A program made the position numbers and the translations under genes. This document shows positions 52,488-61,508 of a stretch of DNA of 64,000 nucleotides, one piece after another. Where the stretch lies: the IMG/VR virus record IMGVR_UViG_3300013307_000003, positions 1 through 64,000 of that record, one strand, 5' to 3'. Each line of letters opens with the position of its first letter. Positions within the stretch are counted from its first letter, which is position 1. This DNA is from a virus. The notes below the pieces were generated by a model. It had not been told where the DNA came from and searched no databases. It was given only the letters and a program-made list of their open reading frames with translations.

Positions 52488-53191
52488 ACGCACAAGTCGT
52501 TACCGTAGCAAGCCGGGTTCCCGCAGAGCCGTACTATCGGTTCGACCTATTCATCGAAAGCCTCGCGCGTTTCGCTGAGACGCCGACGGTCCTCGGAATG
52601 AACGGCACGTGGCAAGGATTGATGACGAAGCCCTACCTTCTTCGCGAATGGCTGCGGAACGGGCACAACACGAGCGACCGACTGATCGTCTGTGACGCCT
52701 ACGACATCATCTTCGCGATGCATCCGCACGGGATCGGCGACCGGTGCGCCGAGTGGTTCGGGGATGCAGTGGTGTTTAACGGTGAAAAGGGCTGTTGGCC
52801 GCGCGAAGACCTGCGCGACTGCTTCCCGGACAATGGTTCGCCGTGGAGGTTTTTGAATTCCGGCTTCATGTGCGGTCCGGCAAGCCAAATCCTCGCGCTT
52901 CTGAACGCGATGGACATCGAAAGCATCGGTTTTGACCCGCCAGGCGGTCCCTATCCTAACGATCAGGGTGAATATCAGTCGCTTTTTGCCAAACAACCGG
53001 TCGAAATGGTCGTTGACACGCAGTGCAGACTCGCGCAGACGCTCTCGGCGTGCGATTTGAGCGAGTTTGACCTCTCGGGAGACGAAATCACGAACAAAAT
53101 CACGGGTTCGGCCCCTGGCGTCTTCCACTTCAACGGCGGCGCGAAGGAGATTTGCGGTCCCGCGTTCTACGGAAGGCTCGCACTTGGTTAA
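52484..53191 (+). CDS. PLOD-like GT-A glycosyltransferase domain protein, copy 1
   Basis: CDAYD (DxxD), FNGEKGCWP, RFLNSGFMCG, NDQ and FHFNG. Confidence 0.8.
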   Translation: MNAQVVTVASRVPAEPYYRFDLFIESLARFAETPTVLGMNGTWQGLMTKPYLLREWLRNGHNTSDRLIVCDAYDIIFAMHPHGIGDRCAEWFGDAVVFNGEKGCWPREDLRDCFPDNGSPWRFLNSGFMCGPASQILALLNAMDIESIGFDPPGGPYPNDQGEYQSLFAKQPVEMVVDTQCRLAQTLSACDLSEFDLSGDEITNKITGSAPGVFHFNGGAKEICGPAFYGRLALG

Positions 53192-53912
53192 ATCGGTGCA
53201 AGTTGTGTCGGTTTCGAGCCGCGTGCCAACGGAGCCGTACTATCGTTTCTCGACCTACCTCGAAAGCCTGAAGCGCTTCCAGTTCAAGCCTGTGATTTTA
53301 GGGATGAACGAGCCGTGGGGCGGTTTGATTACCAAGCCGAACCTGCTGCGCAACTGGCTGCGGGCTGGAAAGAACAAAGCGGATCGGATTATTGTGTGCG
53401 ACGCCTGGGACATCGTGTTCTGCGAGCACCCGCAGTCGATCGACGAGCGCGCCGCGTCTCTCTACGGCGATGCGATCGTGTTCAACGCAGAAAAAGCGTG
53501 CTGGCCGCGCACTGATCTTGCCGACCACTTCCCGGATACCGGGTCGCCGTGGCGGTTCTTGAACAACGGCTTCTTTTGTGGCCCGGCCGAGAAGATGCTC
53601 GCGTGCCTAGAGTGGCAGAACCTCGATGCGCTCGGTTTTGACCGGCGAAACGCAGACGATACCGGATGGATCTACCCCGACGACCAGGAACAGAGCCAGA
53701 TCGCCTATATCGCGCAGCCGGTCGATATGGTCGTCGATACCGCGTGCGAGCTGGCGCAGTGCCTGAGCGCGTCGTTCGTGAAAGAGTTCGATACGCGAGG
53801 CGAACGTATTCGTAACCGGATCACCGGGACGACACCCGGTGTTTTTCACTTTAATGGCGGGTCTAAGGACAAGCTCATGCCGAAGTTTCTGAAGAAATGG
53901 GGACTGTCGTAA
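53184..53912 (+). CDS. PLOD-like GT-A glycosyltransferase domain protein, copy 2
   Basis: CDAWD, FNAEKACWP, RFLNNGFFCG, DDQ and FHFNG; clear paralogue of the upstream gene. Confidence 0.8.
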   Translation: MVKSVQVVSVSSRVPTEPYYRFSTYLESLKRFQFKPVILGMNEPWGGLITKPNLLRNWLRAGKNKADRIIVCDAWDIVFCEHPQSIDERAASLYGDAIVFNAEKACWPRTDLADHFPDTGSPWRFLNNGFFCGPAEKMLACLEWQNLDALGFDRRNADDTGWIYPDDQEQSQIAYIAQPVDMVVDTACELAQCLSASFVKEFDTRGERIRNRITGTTPGVFHFNGGSKDKLMPKFLKKWGLS

Positions 53913-53913
53913 A

Positions 53914-54444
53914 TTGGACCTACTTGAGACGACGAAATCAATAGGGATTGAAGGGTTCCTCCATCCGAGCGAGATGGACAAGCTCGCGGAACTGGCTGCA
54001 AACCGCGACGTGCTCGAAATCGGCTCGTTCAAGGGGCTGTCGGCGTTCTGCATGGCGATCACCGCGAAATCGCTGATGTGCTGCGACACGTTTTCGGCCA
54101 ATTCCGCCGGGCAGGAACAGATGGAGAGCGTTCAGACGCTCGACGACTTCCGGACGGCCACGGCGCGGTTCCTGAACGTCGAATACCGCCTCTATTCGAG
54201 CGAGACGGCGGCGGGATGCCTGACCGACGACTACGATATGATCTTCCTCGATGCGATGCACACGTACGAGGATGTGGTCGCCGACATCGCGAGGTGGTGG
54301 CCGCGAGTGAGGCCCTGCGGCGTGATCGTCTTCCACGACTACGGCCACGATCACTTTCAGGGCGTGAAGCGGGCGGTCGATGAAGTTTTCGGCCCCGCAC
54401 CCGAAGGGACGACGGTCGTCACGCTCCGATGGGTCCACAAGTGA
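53914..54444 (+). CDS. Methyltransferase, Methyltransf_24-like
   Basis: VLEIGSFKGLS, DMIFLDAMHTYEDV and G.IVFHDY. Confidence 0.88.
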   Translation: MDLLETTKSIGIEGFLHPSEMDKLAELAANRDVLEIGSFKGLSAFCMAITAKSLMCCDTFSANSAGQEQMESVQTLDDFRTATARFLNVEYRLYSSETAAGCLTDDYDMIFLDAMHTYEDVVADIARWWPRVRPCGVIVFHDYGHDHFQGVKRAVDEVFGPAPEGTTVVTLRWVHK

Positions 54445-55943
54445 ATAAGCCGACAATCTGTCTCATCACTCCCCCGAGCGTCTTCCTCTTAGACGCTCGG
54501 GTTTTTGTTGCGCTCGGCATACTCCGGGTCGGGGCGGTTCTGGAGGCAGACGGATACACCGTCGAGCATTTGGACCTAAATGGTGTCGAGAACTACGAGG
54601 AGGCCGTTCGGGACCACGCGAGCCGCACGAACGCGACGGTGTTCGGTTTGACCGCGACGACCCCGCAGATGCCCGCCACAGCCAAGATTGCAGCGGTTCT
54701 GAGAGAAACACGGCCGGATGCGAAGGTGATCCTCGGCGGTCCGCACGTCACGCTCGTAAATGCAGCACGGAAGCGAGAGGTGAAGCATGAGATCACGGGG
54801 CGCGCGGTTCGTGCGTTTGACGTTCTGGCAGAAATGTTCGATGTGCTGGTGGCAGGTGACGGCGAAGATAGCATCTTTCATGCACTCATGCCGGATGCGC
54901 CGAAGTTAATCGACGGCGACGATGCCGCGAGCAGATTGTTCCTGACGAACGACCGGCTCAACGAACTCCCGCTCCCGGCGCGTCACCTCGTGGACATGGA
55001 GAGCTATCATTACGCGATCGAGAGCCACCGCGCAACGTCGCTGATCGGACAGCTCGGATGCCCGTACATGTGCGCCTTTTGTGGGGGCCGCAACTCCCCG
55101 ATGCTGCGACGCATCCGCACCCGCTCGACCGAGAATGTGGTCGCGGAAGTGCGGCACCTCTACGAGCGGTACGGCGTTACCGGCTTCATGTTCTACGACG
55201 ACGAACTCAACGTCAGCAAGAGCATGGTCGAACTGATGGACGCGATTGCGGCACTGCAGGCGGAATTGGGCGTCGAGTTTCGGCTTCGCGGCTTCGTCAA
55301 GAGTAACCTCTTCACCGACGAGCAAGCGCGAGCGATGGTCCGCGCCGGGTTCCGGTGGATACTGATCGGCTTCGAGAGCGGTAGTCCGCGCATCCTGGAG
55401 AACATCCAGAAGAAGGCGACGCGCGAGCAGAACAGCGAGTGCATGGCGATTGCGAGGCGGCACGGGCTGAAGGTGAAAGCCCTAATGTCCATCGGGCACG
55501 CCGGGGAGAGCGCCGAGACGATCGGAGCGACGAAGCAGTGGCTTCTGCAAGAGCGGCCCGACGATTTTGATTGCACGGTGATCAGCACCTATCCAGGAAC
55601 GCCGTATTACGATGAGGCGACTGAGACCGCTCCGGGAACATGGACGTACACCGCGCCGAAGTCCGGCGACCGTCTCCACGCCTACGAGGTCGATTTTAAC
55701 CGCGTGGCGGAGTACTACAAAGGCGTGCCTGGCGATTACGTGTCCTACGTCTTCACCGATCATCTGAGCGCTGAGCGGATCGTGGAGTTGCGCGACGCGC
55801 TGGAGGCGGAAGTGCGGGCGGCGCTCGGAATTCCGTACAACGCGGGCGGCGTCGGGCTTTCGTACGAGCACAGCATGGGTCAGTCGGGGCCGCTGCCGCC
55901 GAACATCTTGAGGACAACCGAGAGGCAGTTGGTGAACGCTTGA
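54441..55943 (+). CDS. Cobalamin-binding radical SAM enzyme (class B methylase-like)
   Basis: N-terminal B12 domain (LGILRVGAVL, ILGGPHVT), CPYMCAFC, FYDDE and IGFESGS. Confidence 0.92.
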   Translation: MNKPTICLITPPSVFLLDARVFVALGILRVGAVLEADGYTVEHLDLNGVENYEEAVRDHASRTNATVFGLTATTPQMPATAKIAAVLRETRPDAKVILGGPHVTLVNAARKREVKHEITGRAVRAFDVLAEMFDVLVAGDGEDSIFHALMPDAPKLIDGDDAASRLFLTNDRLNELPLPARHLVDMESYHYAIESHRATSLIGQLGCPYMCAFCGGRNSPMLRRIRTRSTENVVAEVRHLYERYGVTGFMFYDDELNVSKSMVELMDAIAALQAELGVEFRLRGFVKSNLFTDEQARAMVRAGFRWILIGFESGSPRILENIQKKATREQNSECMAIARRHGLKVKALMSIGHAGESAETIGATKQWLLQERPDDFDCTVISTYPGTPYYDEATETAPGTWTYTAPKSGDRLHAYEVDFNRVAEYYKGVPGDYVSYVFTDHLSAERIVELRDALEAEVRAALGIPYNAGGVGLSYEHSMGQSGPLPPNILRTTERQLVNA

Positions 55944-56971
55944 AGATCGCACTCTACCTCTCGACACTCGGCGGGAGCCCGCTGCAAGTCGGTCTCTTCC
56001 GGGGCCTGCAAGAACTCGGCCACGAAGTCACGTACTTCAATCCCGGCAATGGTTACGATCTTGTCCTGATTTTTAATCAGACCGCCCACACCCGCGAATA
56101 CATCTACCCGACGTTCCCGGACGATAGCGTGCCGATCGCATTCGTCGATTGTGCTGAGTACGGGTACTACAAGCGGCTCCCGAACATCATCCGGCACTAC
56201 GCGAACGCTTTTGCGCCGGGAAGCATGAGCCACGACACGAAGGATTGCGGTGAGCAGGAGAAACTGAGGCGGTTCTTGCAGGGCAAGTCGTTCCCCTACT
56301 TCCTGCGCGAGCACAGCAAGTACATCGAGTTTCCGAGCGAGTACCATCCGATCGACTACCCGCTCTACGCATTCTCGGTCTGTCACGATCGCCCTGACCG
56401 CGAGGAGTACTTACGCCGCGAGCAGGATTTGTTCGTAAGCTGGGGCGCATCGCACCCGTGGCGGATGCACATCACGGACGCGCTGCGTGGGTGTCACGTA
56501 AAATCGGAAATCCGCGTCCTGAATGACCAGGCAGGCGAGCAGGTTCCGAGGATGCCGCAAGACGAGTTCTTCAGCCGCACGCGATCCGCGAAGGCAAGCG
56601 TTTCCTTCGACGGCTACGGTTCCGGTTCGTTTCGGATGACCGAGGTTCTCGTGCGAACGCTCCTCCTGCAAGGGCCGCTGTCGATTCGCACGCGCGCGCC
56701 CTTAGAAGATGGTGTGACGTGCGTCGCCTACGATGTCGAGAGCGACGGTGAGGAGTTCCTCGGGACGGATGTTTGCCAGAAGCTGCACTCCGCACTTGCC
56801 GACCCAGACCGGTCGTTTGCGATCTACGAACGCGGCTACGACCACTGCATGACGCATTTGACCGAGCGCGCGACGGCGCAGTATGTGCTGGATACCGTGG
56901 CGGCGCACGATTGGAGTAAGCCGACCGAACTCGATTTAGGGTTGTTTCGAGAACAGGATGAGGTTGGGTGA
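55940..56971 (+). CDS. GT-B glycosyltransferase-like protein (CgeB / Glyco_trans_1_2-like C-terminus)
   Basis: GLQELGHEV N-terminus; SFRMTEV...DGVTCVAY...IYERGYDH...H C-terminal pattern. Confidence 0.6.
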   Translation: MKIALYLSTLGGSPLQVGLFRGLQELGHEVTYFNPGNGYDLVLIFNQTAHTREYIYPTFPDDSVPIAFVDCAEYGYYKRLPNIIRHYANAFAPGSMSHDTKDCGEQEKLRRFLQGKSFPYFLREHSKYIEFPSEYHPIDYPLYAFSVCHDRPDREEYLRREQDLFVSWGASHPWRMHITDALRGCHVKSEIRVLNDQAGEQVPRMPQDEFFSRTRSAKASVSFDGYGSGSFRMTEVLVRTLLLQGPLSIRTRAPLEDGVTCVAYDVESDGEEFLGTDVCQKLHSALADPDRSFAIYERGYDHCMTHLTERATAQYVLDTVAAHDWSKPTELDLGLFREQDEVG

Positions 56972-57252
56972 AGAAGCCAAAACTCTGGGACATCGTGCAG
57001 ATCGATTGGCTCGACAGTATGCACGTCGGCGGATGGCAGCACTTCACGGATGTAATATGGCACGAGAACGCCGAACACATGAAGCACAGTACCGTTGGAT
57101 TTCTAGCGAAGCAGTGCAAGGACAGCGTGACCGTCGTTCAGTCCCTGACTGAACGTTGGACAGACAAGCACCCAATGAACATCGATGCGCTCATGTGCAT
57201 TCCGAGATGTTCGATCACAAGCATCACGGTTCTGGCGCGAAAGAGAAAATAA
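56968..57252 (+). CDS. Phage hypothetical protein
   Basis: V.IDW.DS...W...STVGFL...IP...I pattern. Confidence 0.55.
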   Translation: MKKPKLWDIVQIDWLDSMHVGGWQHFTDVIWHENAEHMKHSTVGFLAKQCKDSVTVVQSLTERWTDKHPMNIDALMCIPRCSITSITVLARKRK

Positions 57253-57254
57253 TT

Positions 57255-57431
57255 ATGGCGACAAAGAAAGCACACCCCGGTTTCGCGAAAGCGGCGGGGC
57301 AGATTGAGAAAGGTGAGGGCGTCAGCAAAGAGCGCGCTGACGCGATACTCGCGGCGGCGAGTCGCTCGGCTTCCGCGAAAGCGAAGGCCGCTAATCCAAA
57401 ACTGAAAAAGGTTGTCAAAAAGAAGCCGTGA
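57255..57431 (+). CDS. Small Lys/Ala-rich basic protein
   Basis: MATKKAHPGFAKAA..I.K.EGVS.ERA.AILAAASR.AS..AK.ANP.LKKV. Confidence 0.6.
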   Translation: MATKKAHPGFAKAAGQIEKGEGVSKERADAILAAASRSASAKAKAANPKLKKVVKKKP

Positions 57432-57855
57432 CCATGAAGACTTGCCAGATCGTTATGGAAGCCGTTCCTGACCCTTTGCGGGCAAACGTGCATCATCACA
57501 TTCCTGTCCGCGTTGAAGGCGACATGCGAGCACCTATCGCCATTTCATATTACGCGTTAAGGCACATCTCGCTAGATTGTAAAGCGTTTCCGAAGAAGAT
57601 CGGCATGATGGGCCTTGACTGGCGACTTCTGGAAGAGCGAATGGCGTACGCAGACGCTCTTTACATGTGCGTTACGCCGTGGCCGTTTCGGTGGATGTTT
57701 CATAAGTCAGCGCTAATCGTCGAAAACGCGTGGCGATGGTTTTTCATGCGCATCATCCTGACACTTCACGTATGGGGGTTGGCCGATGTGCCAGCCTACG
57801 AAATACCTTCGTGGCGACATATCGGCACGAACCAAATCAGAAAGGTCAAACAACT

Positions 57856-58053
57856 ATGGCAATCACAGACGGAGCTAACCGCAATCCGAACGCGGCGACT
57901 GCGGGGCAACCTACGGGCACTCTGGAGGCGGGCACGCAGGCGGCGCTAAGAAACAGGGGGGGCGTGGCCGGGGCAGGTGATGCTCCAGCCGGGCCGAGCA
58001 AGACGGGACCGCAGGACGCCGGGACTGCGGCGGCGATGAAAGCGCAGAAGTAA
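57856..58053 (+). CDS. Small Ala/Gly-rich protein
   Basis: AAAGGT site before ATG 57856. Confidence 0.5.
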   Translation: MAITDGANRNPNAATAGQPTGTLEAGTQAALRNRGGVAGAGDAPAGPSKTGPQDAGTAAAMKAQK

Positions 58054-58075
58054 GAGCGCCGGATTGGGAGGGCGC

Positions 58076-58414
58076 ATGAGTAAGACCCACGACATCGACG
58101 AAGCGTACCGCATCCTTCGCGGGATGTACATGCACAGAATGGAGCAAATCTTGAGCCTATTAACGGATGCCCTCGACAGGCTGGACAAAGATATTCCAGC
58201 ACTCAACAAGGTCGTTAGCGACCTGGAAGCCAAGTCGGTCGCAGATGATGCGACAATCGCCGACCTGCAGGCACAGATCGCCGCTGGCGAGAGTGCAGAC
58301 GCCGATCGGCTGAACGCGCAGGTCGATGCTCTTGAGGCGCTTATCCCGCCTGCACCCGCACCGGCCCCGGCACCTGAAAACCCTCCACCAGCGGACGAAG
58401 CGCCGCCAGTTTAA
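58076..58414 (+). CDS. Coiled-coil protein with Pro/Ala-rich tail
   Basis: GGGAGG site; heptad pattern. Confidence 0.55.
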   Translation: MSKTHDIDEAYRILRGMYMHRMEQILSLLTDALDRLDKDIPALNKVVSDLEAKSVADDATIADLQAQIAAGESADADRLNAQVDALEALIPPAPAPAPAPENPPPADEAPPV

Positions 58415-58518
58415 CGAAGAAGAAGCGCACCAGGAAAATAGCGCCGACCATGCAGGCGCGAAACGCATGAGACGAAGCCTCCCCGAGGCTCTAAAACGGG
58501 AGAAGGGTTGCAACGAAT

Positions 58519-59112
58519 ATGGCCGATCTCGAAGTAGCGAATCCCGCTGAAGACACCACGGCGGAGACGGTTGATGAATCTACCGGGCAGGAACCCGAGG
58601 CAGTTGTCAAGACGGAAGCTGAGCGAGCGCGCGAGGCGTATGCGGCTCGTGAGGAAAAGCGGAAGGCAGAACTCGAAGCCCTTCGCCGGGAAAACGAAGC
58701 CTACAAGCGTCGCGACGAAGAGTCGAAGGCGGCGGCGGAAGAGGCGCGTAAAGCGAAGCTCTCCGACGAAGCCCGCATTAAGGAAGAGCGCGACCAACTT
58801 GCCGCAGAAGTCGAGGGGTTCCGAATGAACGCCCTACGCGACAAGATCGGGCGCGAGTTCAACCTGCGCGACGAGATGATCCCGCGCCTCATCGGGACCG
58901 ACGAGGCGGCTATCCGTGCCGACGCCGAGGACCTTGTGCAGAAAGGTTTCACGAAGGCGCGGCCGAAGGTGGGCACTCCCACCAATCCGACAAACGACCA
59001 GGGGCCGAAGGGTGCGACCTATACCAAGGAACAGCTCTCGGACCCCGTTTTCTTTAGAGCGAACGAGAAAGACATCATGGCGGCGATGCGCGAAGGTCGC
59101 ATTAACCGCTAA
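58519..59112 (+). CDS. Capsid scaffolding protein
   Basis: Acidic N-terminus, E/K/R/A coiled coil, directly upstream of the capsid gene. Confidence 0.8.
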   Translation: MADLEVANPAEDTTAETVDESTGQEPEAVVKTEAERAREAYAAREEKRKAELEALRRENEAYKRRDEESKAAAEEARKAKLSDEARIKEERDQLAAEVEGFRMNALRDKIGREFNLRDEMIPRLIGTDEAAIRADAEDLVQKGFTKARPKVGTPTNPTNDQGPKGATYTKEQLSDPVFFRANEKDIMAAMREGRINR

Positions 59113-59123
59113 CCCCTCCTGAC

Positions 59124-59207
59124 CCTCTCACGGGCAGGCTAACAATCGAATAGGCAGATGAACAGGCTCCGAGCGATCGGGGCTTTTTTGTTGCCTGCCT
59201 GGGAGAG
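59124..59207 (+). promoter_or_regulatory. Structured capsid leader: terminator-like hairpin nested in a long stem
   Basis: CTCTCACGGGCAGGCTAACAA pairs with TTGTTGCCTGCCTGGGAGAG around GCTCCGA-GCGA-TCGGGGC-TTTTTT. Confidence 0.6.
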
Positions 59208-59216
59208 TAATCGGAC

Positions 59217-60185
59217 ATGGCAAATACCAACATCACGACTTCTCAAGCCAGCGGGTTCATCCCCGAAGTCTGGCTGAACGTCGCACTCGGACGACTGCGC
59301 AACTACCTGACAATCCAGAAGTGTGTTACTCGGGACACCGATCTCGACAGCACGCAGAAGTTCAACGTCGGGCAGACCCTGCACCTGCCGAAGCGCGGCA
59401 GCCTCTCGGTCAACGACAAGGCGGAGAACCAGAACTACACGGTTCAGAACCCCTCTTCCTCGACCGTTGACCTGACACTCAACAAGCACAAGGAAGTCAC
59501 CTTCGGCGTGGAGTCGCGCGCAATCGCGACCGCCAATCAGAACGTGATCCAGGGGTACGTCGAGGACGCGTGCATCGCCCTCGCAGAACAGATCGACATC
59601 GATCTCCTGAGCCTCGTTACGTCCTTCACGGGCGGCACGATCGTCAACGCGGGCAACATCACGGAAGCGAACATCATCACCGCGTGGGGGTACCTCGTGA
59701 CCGCACAGGTTCCCGCGAGCATGAAGAAGTACGGCATCTGCGGAGTCAGCCAGGCGCAGGCACTCTTCCAGATCGACAGGCTCGTGCGCTACGACTCGCT
59801 CGGGGTGTCCAACGACATCACGAACGCGCAGGTCGGCGGCGCGAGCGGGGCCGGTCCGTTTACGATGGCGGGCGCGCTCGGCAAGCTGTACAACTTCGAA
59901 CTCGCAGTGACGCAGCTCATCCCGAACGCCGCCAGCCCGCTCTACGACAGGAATGCGTTCTTCTCGGAGGATGCGATCCTCTTCGCTTCCCGTCCGCTGG
60001 AGAACCCGGACGGCAACCTCGGCGTGCAGGCGACGGTCATCACCGATCCCGAGAGCGGGATTTCTCTGCGCCTCATGCACTCCTACCAGCACCTTCAGGG
60101 CGCGCACGTTCTGACGCTGGACGTGCTCTACGGCTACACGATGATGCGACCGACCCACGGCGTCCAGATCCAGACCGCCGCGTAA
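59217..60185 (+). CDS. Major capsid protein, P22-coat-like HK97 fold
   Basis: FIPEVW, GQTLHLPK, LTLNKHK, ALAEQIDIDLL and LDVLYG. Confidence 0.92.
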   Translation: MANTNITTSQASGFIPEVWLNVALGRLRNYLTIQKCVTRDTDLDSTQKFNVGQTLHLPKRGSLSVNDKAENQNYTVQNPSSSTVDLTLNKHKEVTFGVESRAIATANQNVIQGYVEDACIALAEQIDIDLLSLVTSFTGGTIVNAGNITEANIITAWGYLVTAQVPASMKKYGICGVSQAQALFQIDRLVRYDSLGVSNDITNAQVGGASGAGPFTMAGALGKLYNFELAVTQLIPNAASPLYDRNAFFSEDAILFASRPLENPDGNLGVQATVITDPESGISLRLMHSYQHLQGAHVLTLDVLYGYTMMRPTHGVQIQTAA

Positions 60186-60197
60186 GTCGTTCTCACC

Positions 60198-60273
60198 TTG
60201 CGCACCGGCACCCGACGGGGAAAAGCGGCGACCTACCGCAGCCGGTGCGCAACCGATTTCTTAGGTCGTTCTC
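60198..60273 (+). ncRNA. Branched stem with potential pseudoknot after the capsid gene
   Basis: 12-bp TTGCGCACCGGC/GCCGGTGCGCAA; internal loop CGACCTA complementary to downstream TAGGTCG. Confidence 0.55.
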
Positions 60274-60286
60274 TGGGGAGGGAACA

Positions 60287-60487
60287 ATGGGACTGGTGCA
60301 AGGGCCGAAGTGCCCGGAATGCAATATCGAGAAGCACCCGTGGGGATTGCGGGAGTGGAAGTGTCCGCAGTGCGGGGCGATTGGCGGGAACACCCTTGAC
60401 GACCTCGTGAAGCGGATCGAGGCGCTTGAGCAGATTGTTGCGCCTATGATGCAGAAGTCCGAAGGTCCGAAGGGTCAGGTCGCCTGA
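60287..60487 (+). CDS. Small zinc-ribbon protein
   Basis: CPEC...CPQC; GGGGAGG site. Confidence 0.6.
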   Translation: MGLVQGPKCPECNIEKHPWGLREWKCPQCGAIGGNTLDDLVKRIEALEQIVAPMMQKSEGPKGQVA

Positions 60488-60488
60488 G

Positions 60489-61508
60489 ATGGCTCAATAT
60501 ACCTGTACGCAGTGCCGATGGACGCTGGAAACGCCGCTCTGCCCCGGCTGCAACCAGTTTATGACCGACGACATCGAACTCGTCGAAAGTTTTATGGGCG
60601 GCGTCGATCTACCCGAGCGACCGATCACGTGGACGACGGCGTTCGGGCACTGGGGCGATGCCTTTATGTGTGCGGGCGTTATGAAAGCCATGCTCAAGCA
60701 CACAGGGCAACCGCTGTGCAATGTGCTCTACGTTGGCCCCGACCCTTCGATCGCGGATTGGTTTCGTGAACAGGAGTTTGTTTGCGACGTGATCGCGGTC
60801 AAGATCACCGGCGTGGACGTATATCCGAGGTTCTGGCAGATTGCCGCTCGCCCTGGCACGGAACCTGCCGATTGGCTTGCAGTCATTCAACCGATCGAGC
60901 CGAACCTGCCAGATCCGTGCAAAGTCACGCAGACCCACATCAACATGAAGTGGTTCCACAAACAGGCGGTGCAACTCTGGCATGACGCGAAACTGCCCGA
61001 GAGCGCGCGACGGTGGGCTCGGAACGCGAGCATTGAAAACGGTCTCGACGGCCCCGGAAAAGTAATCCACATCCATCCGGTAAGCACGTGGAGCGAGACT
61101 TCTCAGAACCACTGGCCGCACTGGAAGGCAGCGATCGAGCGCCTCCTTCTGACGACGCCGCATACCTACGTCGTGACCGGATTACAGCCCATCGACCGAC
61201 TCTGTGAGAACGACCGGCTCGTGAACATGATCGGTAAGACGCCGGGAAACATGGAGATGCTCGCGCTCTCCGAGCGGTGCGATGCGGTCATCAGCACGCC
61301 GAACAACGTCGCGCTGTGGTCGGTGATCCAGAAGCAGAAGGCGTTTTGCGTCGGGAACATGGCGTCGAAGTTCATCACGAGCTATTACACGCGGTTCCTG
61401 ATGCGCGGCGATCGCATGAAGTATATGGGCGTTGACACCGAATTCGACGACTTCCTGAACGCCGTCTATCCGTGGCTGGAAGAGGTAGAACCGTGCCCGA
61501 TTCGCTGA
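60489..61508 (+). CDS. GT9 (heptosyltransferase-like) glycosyltransferase with N-terminal CxxC-CxxC
   Basis: GHWGDAFM, IHIHP....HWPHW and NMIGKT...MLAL..RCDAVIS..N...S match the WaaF/WaaC motif order. Confidence 0.72.
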   Translation: MAQYTCTQCRWTLETPLCPGCNQFMTDDIELVESFMGGVDLPERPITWTTAFGHWGDAFMCAGVMKAMLKHTGQPLCNVLYVGPDPSIADWFREQEFVCDVIAVKITGVDVYPRFWQIAARPGTEPADWLAVIQPIEPNLPDPCKVTQTHINMKWFHKQAVQLWHDAKLPESARRWARNASIENGLDGPGKVIHIHPVSTWSETSQNHWPHWKAAIERLLLTTPHTYVVTGLQPIDRLCENDRLVNMIGKTPGNMEMLALSERCDAVISTPNNVALWSVIQKQKAFCVGNMASKFITSYYTRFLMRGDRMKYMGVDTEFDDFLNAVYPWLEEVEPCPIR

